NCBI RefSeq assembly: GCF_963675985.2
Contig: NZ_CAXXUC010000002.1
Span: forward strand, 3,054,285-3,094,284
DNA from: an uncultured Roseibium sp.
Lineage (GTDB): Bacteria; Pseudomonadota; Alphaproteobacteria; Rhizobiales; Stappiaceae
Direction: 5' to 3'
DNA: 40,000 bases
The notes beneath the pieces were generated by a model, which saw only the letters and a list, made by a program, of their open reading frames with translations, was not told where the DNA came from and ran no database searches. How positions within the stretch are numbered: position 1 is the stretch's first letter; the number at the start of each line of letters is the position of its first letter. Position numbers and translations under genes: made by a program. This document shows, in pieces, positions 25,852-33,655 of this stretch.

Positions 25852-26915
25852 TATTCGGCTGCCTCACTGGCGGTCAGTTCGGCCTCGATCTGGCTCTTGG
25901 CCGCACGGGTCAGCATCTGGCGGATACGGGAGACGCCGAGGTCGTGCTGATAGAGCATCTCGCGCTTGCGGGCATCGTCCGGCATGCCTTCCAGCATGAC
26001 CCGGTCCTGCTCCAGCACGTGCCAGTGGCGCTCCTCGAGCATGGCACGATAGAGGAAGCGCCAGCTTTCACGCGCCAGGCCGCTGACCTTGCGCAAGCGC
26101 CAGAAGAACACCTTGCAGGTGGTGGCATCGATCGGGGAAACGAAGCCTACGATACGCATGTTGCCGCCCGGGCCGGCCGCCGGCGGATAGGGAATGTCCA
26201 GGAAGCAGAACATGGTGCCCGGATGGATCTCGAATTCCGTCCAGTCGAAGTTGTCGCCCGCCTGCTCGACCCGGCTGACACGGAAACCGTCATCGGTCTT
26301 GTCCAGCTTCATCAGGTCCTGCTTGGCGCCATAAGCCAGCGTGAAGCTTTCCGCATGCAGATAGCAGCCGTGCATGGGGTCCGCGAGATTGTCGATGGCG
26401 TAGCGGTAGTTGGTGCTCCAGACGGAGGTGCACAGGAAGCCGGTCCATTCGTCGCTGGTGAACTCATGCGGCATCGCCAGTTCCGGCGGCTCAGGCTGCT
26501 CGACGCTCGGCATGTAGACGAAGACGGCGTCGTGGGTTTCCGTGGTGTGGAAGGACTTCAGCGCCTTGCGGCCTTCGAGTGCGCACTCCGGCATGGCAGG
26601 CACCCGCTTGACCACACCTTCTCCATCGACGATGACGCCGTGGTAGCGGCAGCCGATATCGCCGTCATGGATCTCACCGTAGGAGAGCGGCGCGCCGCGG
26701 TGGGGGCAGAAATCCTCGATGCACTGGATCTTACCTTCCTTGTCGCGCCACAGGACCAGCTTCTGGCCAAGCAGCTTGGCGCCGTAAGGCCGGGAATCCT
26801 TGACTTCGACGGATTTGGCAACCGGGTACCACTGCCCCAGGAGCCCCTGGTTCACGCGTTCCTCGATCAGCGCCTTCTTATCGATATCGGCCATGTCTCT
26901 CCACTCCTTGTCCAA
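25851..26915 (-). CDS. Rieske non-haem iron oxygenase, alpha-only type (VanA/KshA/phthalate-family-like)
   Basis: 354 aa. Rieske motif CPHRGAPLSYGEIHDGDIGCRYH (CxH-x16-CxxH). Mononuclear iron motif DPMHGCYLH. No beta-subunit gene nearby. Confidence 0.9.
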   Translation of the reverse strand: MDKEWRDMADIDKKALIEERVNQGLLGQWYPVAKSVEVKDSRPYGAKLLGQKLVLWRDKEGKIQCIEDFCPHRGAPLSYGEIHDGDIGCRYHGVIVDGEGVVKRVPAMPECALEGRKALKSFHTTETHDAVFVYMPSVEQPEPPELAMPHEFTSDEWTGFLCTSVWSTNYRYAIDNLADPMHGCYLHAESFTLAYGAKQDLMKLDKTDDGFRVSRVEQAGDNFDWTEFEIHPGTMFCFLDIPYPPAAGPGGNMRIVGFVSPIDATTCKVFFWRLRKVSGLARESWRFLYRAMLEERHWHVLEQDRVMLEGMPDDARKREMLYQHDLGVSRIRQMLTRAAKSQIEAELTASEAAE

Positions 26916-27055
26916 GGCCAGCGGTCCAATATCCCGCCCCGGCTCTCATCTAAGCTTCGGTGTCTTTTTTCTCGCAGGTGTCCCTTCCCGGCCGGTCATG
27001 CCGGGGTGTTCGGTTCTGCATTTCCCTCTGGACGGATCGGCCGTTGCCGGTCCGT

Positions 27056-27904
27056 TTAGCTCTGCGCTTTCGGCAGGTAATGGAGCACACGCTCTTCGAC
27101 CCGCGCGATCGCGGTATAAAGAACGATCCCGATGACCGTGAGCAACACGATGGCGTTGAACACCATGGCCGCATTCGCCTGACCGCCACCATAGGAGATC
27201 AGGAAGCCGAGCCCGACGTTGCCGCCGACCAGTTCACCGACGGTCACACCAATCACGGCGAGGGTCGAAGCGATGCGCAGACCCGCAAGCAGGTTCGGCA
27301 TGGTGGACGGCATCTCGACCTTGAAAAAGACACCCAGGCGGGACAGGTTGTAGGCTCGCGCCAGGTTGACCAGATCCCGGTCCACCGTCTTCATCGCCTG
27401 CAGCACATTGACCAGCACCGGAAAGAACACGATCAGGACGGTCACCAGCAGCTTGGGCATGGCGTTATAGCCGAACCACATGATGAACAGCGGCGCGAAG
27501 GCAACTTTCGGCGCGATCTGCAGGGCCAGGATGTAAGGTGACAGCACCTTTTCCCAGAAGCTCGACATGCCCAGGACATAGCCGATCACTGCGCCGAGCA
27601 GACTGCCCAGGGCAAAGCCCAGAACGGTATAGACCGCAGTGGAGATCGTGTTGCCGAGCAGGTTTTCCTGCTGCCACATGCGGACCATTTCCACCGCGCA
27701 GTCGGACACGGTCGGAATGATATACTTCGGCACACCGAGCGCGGGCGGCAGGAACTCCCAGCACAGGAGCAGTACGGCCAGGACCGCAAGGCTCATAAAC
27801 AGGGCGTTTTTCGACGAAGTCATCGGTTTCTTCCGTCTCTTGTGATCCTCACGGGTCACGGCGACTGGCGCCGCGACCTCGATTGAAGGACTTGCGTCCG
27901 TCAT
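27056..27904 (-). CDS. ABC transporter permease, NitT/TauT type
   Basis: 282-aa membrane protein. ATGA overlap with the SBP gene. Confidence 0.85.
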   Translation of the reverse strand: MTDASPSIEVAAPVAVTREDHKRRKKPMTSSKNALFMSLAVLAVLLLCWEFLPPALGVPKYIIPTVSDCAVEMVRMWQQENLLGNTISTAVYTVLGFALGSLLGAVIGYVLGMSSFWEKVLSPYILALQIAPKVAFAPLFIMWFGYNAMPKLLVTVLIVFFPVLVNVLQAMKTVDRDLVNLARAYNLSRLGVFFKVEMPSTMPNLLAGLRIASTLAVIGVTVGELVGGNVGLGFLISYGGGQANAAMVFNAIVLLTVIGIVLYTAIARVEERVLHYLPKAQS

Positions 27905-28875
27905 TGCGGGACGAATTCGTTCGTGTAGAGATCTTCAACCGGAACGGCCGTCTTGACGATACCGTTGTCGATATAGAACTTCTGCACCTTGGCCATACGC
28001 TCCGGATCGAATGCGCCCAGCGGCTGGCCTTCGGCGGCCGGATAGACCTTTTCCACGTAGGCACGCATGATCGCTTCGATCGCCTTCTCCTTGCCGGTAT
28101 GCTGCGGCACGAAGGAGACGTATTCCTTGGCGGCCTTTGCCGGATCGGCTTCGATATCCTTGAGGGCGCGGATCACGCCGGCAACGATGCCCTTCACGAC
28201 TTCCGGGCGCTCGGCGATGGTTTTGTCGGAGGCCAGGATCGCCTGGGCCATGGCCGGGAACATGGTGTCCACGGAGACCTGATCCATCGGGACACCGGCC
28301 GCTTCGACAGCCGCGATCCACTCCGGAACGCCGGACATGCCCTGCAGGGTACCGGCGATGGTGAGCTGGATGATGCCGCCCGGGCCGACGCCCTGGATGT
28401 TGACGTCATTCTTGGTCAGGCCGACGGAGGCCATCGCGCCGAGCAGATTGTAGTAGGTCGTGTCCTGGAAGCCGAGAACGCCGATCGCCTTGCCCTTGAA
28501 GTCGGCCGGGCCGGTGATGCCGGAATCCTTGCGCCATGCAAGCTGGGTCAGACCGCGGCCGCCCAGCAGGGCCACGCCGCGGATCTTCAGGCCGTTGGCG
28601 CGCACAATGATCGGCGTGTCGCCGATGCCGCCGCCGATGTCGGCATTGCCGACGGCAACCTGGGTGGCGACATCCGCGCCGCCCTTGCCGACCATGAAGG
28701 TGACGTCCAGACCTTCATCGGCAAAATAGCCCTTGTGCTTTGCAAGCTGGAACGGGGCAAAGGCCGGCAGGAAGTCCGGTGCCGGAAAAAGGTAGCTCAC
28801 CTTTTCGGCCGCCTGGGCGGCTCCTGCGGAAACCGCCATCACGGCGGCCATCATGCTAATTGCGAAACGCTTCAT
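27901..28875 (-). CDS. ABC transporter substrate-binding protein (NMT1/THI5-like)
   Basis: 324 aa. Sec signal peptide MKRFAISMMAAVMAVSAGAAQA. Confidence 0.8.
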   Translation of the reverse strand: MKRFAISMMAAVMAVSAGAAQAAEKVSYLFPAPDFLPAFAPFQLAKHKGYFADEGLDVTFMVGKGGADVATQVAVGNADIGGGIGDTPIIVRANGLKIRGVALLGGRGLTQLAWRKDSGITGPADFKGKAIGVLGFQDTTYYNLLGAMASVGLTKNDVNIQGVGPGGIIQLTIAGTLQGMSGVPEWIAAVEAAGVPMDQVSVDTMFPAMAQAILASDKTIAERPEVVKGIVAGVIRALKDIEADPAKAAKEYVSFVPQHTGKEKAIEAIMRAYVEKVYPAAEGQPLGAFDPERMAKVQKFYIDNGIVKTAVPVEDLYTNEFVPQ

Positions 28876-28908
28876 TACAGAGATCCCCTGCTGGATATCA
28901 AAAATGAT

Positions 28909-29679
28909 CTAGATGGTCTTTTCTTCTAGTTTGAGCAGCTCGAAGAGCTGCGCGGCGTAATTATTGACTTCCGGCAACTTGCGCCGCTGCAGTGGCCGTT
29001 CACGGTGTGGCAGATCGACCTTGATATCCGCGATCACGCGTCCCGGACGCTCCGACAGGACCAGGATCCGGTCTGACATCAGGACGGCTTCGGCAAGGTC
29101 GTGGGTAATCAGAAGAGTGGTCTTGCGGCTCTCGAAGATCGTTTCCGCAAAACTGTTCTGCAGCAGCATCTTGGTCTGCGCATCGAGGGCGGAAAACGGT
29201 TCGTCGAGCAGAATGATCTCGGGATCGATGGCAAGGGTGCGCGCAAGAGCTGCGCGTTGGCGCATGCCGCCGGAAAGCTGATAGGGATAATGGCCCTCGA
29301 AGCCGTCCAGGTGACAGTGCTTGAGTTCCTTCATGGCGGTGGCACGGCGCTCCTCGCGGGCCACGCCTCGGGCCTCCAGTCCGAACTCGATATTTTGCAC
29401 GATGCTGCGCCAGGGAAGCAGCAGATCCTTCTGCAGCATGAAACCGACATGCTGGTTCGGACCGGTCACCGTCTCGCCGCTGACCAGAACGTCACCGACG
29501 GTCGGCTGATACAAACCGGCGGTCATGCTCAAGATGGTGCTCTTGCCGCAACCGGACGGACCGACGACAGAAACGAATTCCCCCTCATCGACGCAAAAGC
29601 TGACGTCATCGACAGCCGTCATCCTGTCGCCGGAGCGGGACTCGAATTCCTTGGTGACGCCGCGAAATTCAAGCGCCAT
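28909..29679 (-). CDS. ABC transporter ATP-binding protein, NitT/TauT type
   Basis: Walker A GPSGCGKST, signature LSGGMRQRAALARTL, Walker B ILLDEPFSALD. Confidence 0.95.
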   Translation of the reverse strand: MALEFRGVTKEFESRSGDRMTAVDDVSFCVDEGEFVSVVGPSGCGKSTILSMTAGLYQPTVGDVLVSGETVTGPNQHVGFMLQKDLLLPWRSIVQNIEFGLEARGVAREERRATAMKELKHCHLDGFEGHYPYQLSGGMRQRAALARTLAIDPEIILLDEPFSALDAQTKMLLQNSFAETIFESRKTTLLITHDLAEAVLMSDRILVLSERPGRVIADIKVDLPHRERPLQRRKLPEVNNYAAQLFELLKLEEKTI

Positions 29680-29971
29680 AGCCGTTTTCCAGGTAAGCGG
29701 CGTCGAAATCCACGTTGATGGCGGTCAGCTCTTCGGACAGAAGCGCTTCGGTCCAGTCGGTCTTGCCGGAGATCGGCGCGACGACCTTGCGGTCCGTCAA
29801 GGCAGCGGCAACAGCGGCGTAGTCGCCGGCACCGGCCCCATAGATTTCCATCAGCGCTTCGGCGAGTTTTTGCTCAACCTCGGTCAATTCCCGTCCCCGG
29901 GACTGATGGGCAAGCGCCGGACGGCTGGTGTCGAACGCTTTTTGCGATAGGCGGTCTTTGAACAGATCCAT
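29669..29971 (-). CDS. small conserved-looking protein of unknown function; first gene of the long operon
   Basis: 100-aa soluble acidic protein. It overlaps the ATPase start by 11 nt. No motif I can assign with confidence. Confidence 0.6.
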   Translation of the reverse strand: MDLFKDRLSQKAFDTSRPALAHQSRGRELTEVEQKLAEALMEIYGAGAGDYAAVAAALTDRKVVAPISGKTDWTEALLSEELTAINVDFDAAYLENGYGA

Positions 29972-29986
29972 GTGACCCTCTGATTT

Positions 29987-30013
29987 TGTTCAATTTTGAA
30001 CACATTGATCAAT
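29987..30013. promoter_or_regulatory. two adjacent palindromes immediately upstream of the long operon
   Basis: TGTTCAA-TT-TTGAACA at 29987-30002 and the perfect 10-bp palindrome ATTGATCAAT at 30004-30013. They lie 16-42 nt upstream of the start at 29971. Confidence 0.4.
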
Positions 30014-30490
30014 TATGATGATTGCGCGGATAAAGGGGTCGAGTCAATGAAAAATTCACAAAGGCGGACCGGAAGGTTTACTGGCGGACAACGCAAGCCA
30101 TGGACCGCCCAGCCTACCGGCTAAAAAACAATCCGCATTTCAACGAATAAGGTGAGACGGTGGGATGAACTCTGCCTTGGGGTCGCTAAGCCGGGCCGGA
30201 AAGTTTTGCAAGGAAACCGGATGGCGCGCCGTTCCCACGCCGGGTCAAATTCGTTTCCATTTAAGAAGGCGGTCAAACGACGGCAGCGGTGACTGACCAC
30301 TTCCGGGCTTTAACAACAGCCCTCATTGACAGAACAAAAAGCCTGCGCCCGGCTCCGGAAATTTGCGAGCGACCGATCGCTCATTCCAGGCATTCTTCAC
30401 CGCAAAACGTCGCTCTTACTTCGGCGCCGTTACAACAGCCGCTCGCACTTTCGCTGACTTTCCGCGATTTCCGTTCCGCTACGTTGCTCT

Positions 30491-32695
30491 CTACACTTTC
30501 CCCTTCCGCCACGCGATCAGGCTCGGCAGCAGCAACAGGTCACCCAGGAGGGCCGTCAGGAGGGTTGCGATGAGCATCCCACCAAAGAGCCTGATGGTGT
30601 GGAACTCGCTGGCAAGCGTGACGAGCAATCCGCAGCTGATCAGCACAGTCGTGATGATCATCGCCTGTCCGGTTTCGCTCATGGTCGCGGCAAGCGCGCT
30701 GCGTGTGTCCGGCCAACGCCTCCTCTCCAGCATGTAGCGGTTGATGAAATGAATGGAGTCGTCGACCGCTATGCCGAAGGCGATGGTCAGCGACAGCAGA
30801 GCTGCAGGTGTCAACTCGCTGGCGTTGAGAACATGCAGGGCGGCAACAGCGACAGCAATGGGAAGCAGGTTGGGGAGAAGCAGCAGAACAATGAAGACCG
30901 GCGCCCGGTAGTAACCAGCGATCAGCAGCACCGTGATCAGACATGCACCGCCGAGACCAAGCGCATTGCGCCGGACAAGTTCCAACGTGTCATATCGCAT
31001 GATCATCGGCTGGCCGAAGATGTGCGCGGACGAGCCGGTCCGAACCGCTTCAACCAGCCGGTCCTGCACCTCAAGGGTTACCTTGTCGAACATGGGTTCC
31101 GGCATCAGGGCGACGACACGCGCACGATTTCCGTCGCCGGAAAGGAACAGAGACTTCGCGTCTGACGGCCAATCTGCGATTTCCTCAGGTGACGGCATCC
31201 GGCCCGGCTGCCCCAGCCACCGGGCCAGCGATACCAGCGACAGCACCGTATTGCCCGGAGCTTCCTTTTCGACCAGATCGTTCAGGTGTACCAGCCGCTC
31301 CCAGTCGGAGTGCGAGGCAAAGCCCTTACCGGTTCCGTTCTCCGCTTCCAGCTCGAACCAGAGCTGGTAGAAGCCGCCGAATTCCTGCGTGATGACGTCG
31401 TTGGCATAGATCAGGGCGCTATCGGCCGGCAGGTTGTCGTCCATCTTGAACCAGGGTTTGACCGTAAACACCCCGGCAAAGGCGGCGGCGGCTAGGATGA
31501 GGCTGCAGGCACGGATCGCGCCGGCATGATCCAGCATCCAGGAAACCCGTTCCTTTGAGAGCGCGAACAAGACCCTACGCCGGGTGCCCGGTTTTTTGGG
31601 CCACAACACCGGCGCGAGCAGACAGAAAACAGCGACAATCACTGCGTAACTCACGAGAACGGAAACCGCTCCCGCCACAGCCATCTCGCGTGTCTGTACA
31701 TTCTCGCTGATCATGATCGTCGAAAAGGCAATCGACGTGGTCACGCCTGTCAGCGCACAGGCTGGACCAACCGTCTCAAGCGCCTTGCGGGCACGTGCGC
31801 GCGCCGTGTCGCTGCTTGTGTTGGCATTGGCGCGCATGTTCAGGATCAGGTGCACCGTGTCCGCCACCCCCAGCACCATCACCAGCAATGGGATCGCGTT
31901 GTTGAGCACCGTGATCTTCAGTCCGAGCACGACAAAGACGACCAGCGATGTATAGGCGGCAGCAATTGAGGGCACCGCCGCCAGGACGACCAGACGCAGA
32001 TTACCGAAAACGATGAAGGAAACCACAAGGACAACCGCCACGCCCGCGACGTTGAAGATCCACAAATCCTGACGCAGCGCCCGGACCATTTCCGGGCCGA
32101 CGGTTTCCTCACCGGTAAAGGTGACGTGGAACCGATCACCGGCGGTCTCCTCCGTTATCTGTTTCAGTTCGGTCAGCAGATCAGCGGAAACGCCTTTGCC
32201 GGTCTCGATCAGGAACAGCGCCGATGTCCTGTCGGCGGAAACAGGCAGCTTTGGCTGCAGCTTCAACGCGTCATAGGCGGCAAGCCGTGCCTCGACCGTT
32301 TCCACATCCAGCTCCAGCGGCAGTAACGGTTCCTCGGGATAGTCCGGATGCCAAGGGGGAAACCGGGCCGATGCAAGGGAAAAGACCGCATCGACCCCAT
32401 CCGCAAGGGAATAACCGAACTGCAGGTCGCGCAAGAGCTCATAGCCGGCTGCGTCCAGCGGTTCGGGCGACTGGACCAGTGCCAGAAGCGGGGACGCCGG
32501 TCCGCCATTGGTGTCGGCGAATTCGAAATAGGCCTTCGCATGACCGCTGGAGGAAGCGAAGCTCGCGGTGATATCGTTCTCAAACCGGATATTGAGGACG
32601 GGAAAGACGGAAAGTCCCGCCAAAATCATCAGAACAATGGAAACAATGACGGGCCGCGACAGCGCCGCGTGGCCGGGCCACAACAGAAAATACAA
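30491..32695 (-). CDS. MMPL / RND-superfamily (HAE3/HpnN-like) lipid exporter
   Basis: 734 aa with two-fold architecture. Each half has a large loop followed by a TM bundle with a charged motif (VLGVADTVHL and FGIAVDDSIHF). TTG start with an AGGAGG ribosome-binding site. Confidence 0.8.
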   Translation of the reverse strand: MYFLLWPGHAALSRPVIVSIVLMILAGLSVFPVLNIRFENDITASFASSSGHAKAYFEFADTNGGPASPLLALVQSPEPLDAAGYELLRDLQFGYSLADGVDAVFSLASARFPPWHPDYPEEPLLPLELDVETVEARLAAYDALKLQPKLPVSADRTSALFLIETGKGVSADLLTELKQITEETAGDRFHVTFTGEETVGPEMVRALRQDLWIFNVAGVAVVLVVSFIVFGNLRLVVLAAVPSIAAAYTSLVVFVVLGLKITVLNNAIPLLVMVLGVADTVHLILNMRANANTSSDTARARARKALETVGPACALTGVTTSIAFSTIMISENVQTREMAVAGAVSVLVSYAVIVAVFCLLAPVLWPKKPGTRRRVLFALSKERVSWMLDHAGAIRACSLILAAAAFAGVFTVKPWFKMDDNLPADSALIYANDVITQEFGGFYQLWFELEAENGTGKGFASHSDWERLVHLNDLVEKEAPGNTVLSLVSLARWLGQPGRMPSPEEIADWPSDAKSLFLSGDGNRARVVALMPEPMFDKVTLEVQDRLVEAVRTGSSAHIFGQPMIMRYDTLELVRRNALGLGGACLITVLLIAGYYRAPVFIVLLLLPNLLPIAVAVAALHVLNASELTPAALLSLTIAFGIAVDDSIHFINRYMLERRRWPDTRSALAATMSETGQAMIITTVLISCGLLVTLASEFHTIRLFGGMLIATLLTALLGDLLLLPSLIAWRKGKV

Positions 32696-32926
32696 TCCGC
32701 CTCCTCTCCCGGCTGCCCGCCGCTACGCATGGAAAGGGCCGTGATCACGACCGCTTCCCGATCCCCGCACCAGAATATCCGATGGAAGACAAAAAGCCAT
32801 TCCGAACCCGGCTTCGCCGCGACCCTGTCTTTCCAGTACCGGCGAACCTCTGCTAGCATTCGCATCCGGACCCGGTAAACTGGCTCACGGGAACAAAATC
32901 CCGGATGTTTTCGTCCGGACAGGTAC

Positions 32927-33454
32927 TTGGGAACGCGCAACGTGACCAGAAGATCCTATTTAGCGGCAACGGCACTTGCTCTCGCAATTGCCTGCGGACC
33001 AGCTGCAGCCGATGATTTCCTGTCCAGAGCGGAAGGAACCTGGCGGGGCAAGGGATGGGCGAAGCAGAGCCTGGACGCGCCGAAGGAAGCCGTCCTGTGC
33101 CGCATCACGAACACCGTGGACACACGGAACAACCGGCTGAAAACCTCCGGACGCTGCGCGGTCGCCAGCCAGACCTTCACGGTAAACGGACAAATCACTG
33201 TTGCGCCGGGAACCGGCCGGATCACCGGCACCTGGCACATTCCGCAAGGGGCCGGCGATGCCGCCATATCCGGCCGAAGACAGGGAAACCGGATTGTCTT
33301 TACCTTTCAGGCCCCGGAAAAAAGTACGAAACAGGATCTGTTGCACAAGAGCCTGTGGACGCTCGGCACTTCGGCGTTGACGATCACTGCCAGCGTCAGA
33401 CAGCCGAATGACGGAAAGTACATCTCCTTGAGTTCTATAAATTTTTCAAAATAG
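32927..33454 (+). CDS. secreted lipocalin/FABP-like beta-barrel protein (hypothetical)
   Basis: 175 aa. Signal peptide SYLAATALALAIACGPAAA. GTWRGKG motif reminiscent of lipocalin-like/nitrobindin-type domains. The start is ambiguous (TTG 32927 or GTG 32942). Confidence 0.6.
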   Translation: MGTRNVTRRSYLAATALALAIACGPAAADDFLSRAEGTWRGKGWAKQSLDAPKEAVLCRITNTVDTRNNRLKTSGRCAVASQTFTVNGQITVAPGTGRITGTWHIPQGAGDAAISGRRQGNRIVFTFQAPEKSTKQDLLHKSLWTLGTSALTITASVRQPNDGKYISLSSINFSK

Positions 33455-33655
33455 CCATCGAAATAAAAACAAAACAACACGATTATATAGTCAATGACCG
33501 GCCTCTTTCGGCAGAAAAACTCGTTTTCGGACAAATATTTTCGATCAAACCAAATGTAAAGGAGAGCCAATTTTTACTGGACTACACATCTTGTCTTTGC
33601 CTTAATAGTATTTGATTTTATCGGTATTTTTCAGGTATTCGGCGGGTTGCGACAT

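Noticed and set aside
30047-30124. A 25-codon ORF (MKNSQRRTGRFTGGQRKPWTAQPTG) with an AGGGG-like ribosome-binding site, in the long non-coding interval.
   Set aside because: It is too short and compositionally unremarkable to support without conservation or expression data. It is mentioned only as something to examine if the interval proves to be transcribed.
33307-33570. An 87-aa minus-strand ORF in the AT-rich island.
   Set aside because: It overlaps the 3' end of the lipocalin-like gene. The Phe/Tyr/Ile-rich translation is what an AT-rich stretch yields by chance. No ribosome-binding site or motif is present.
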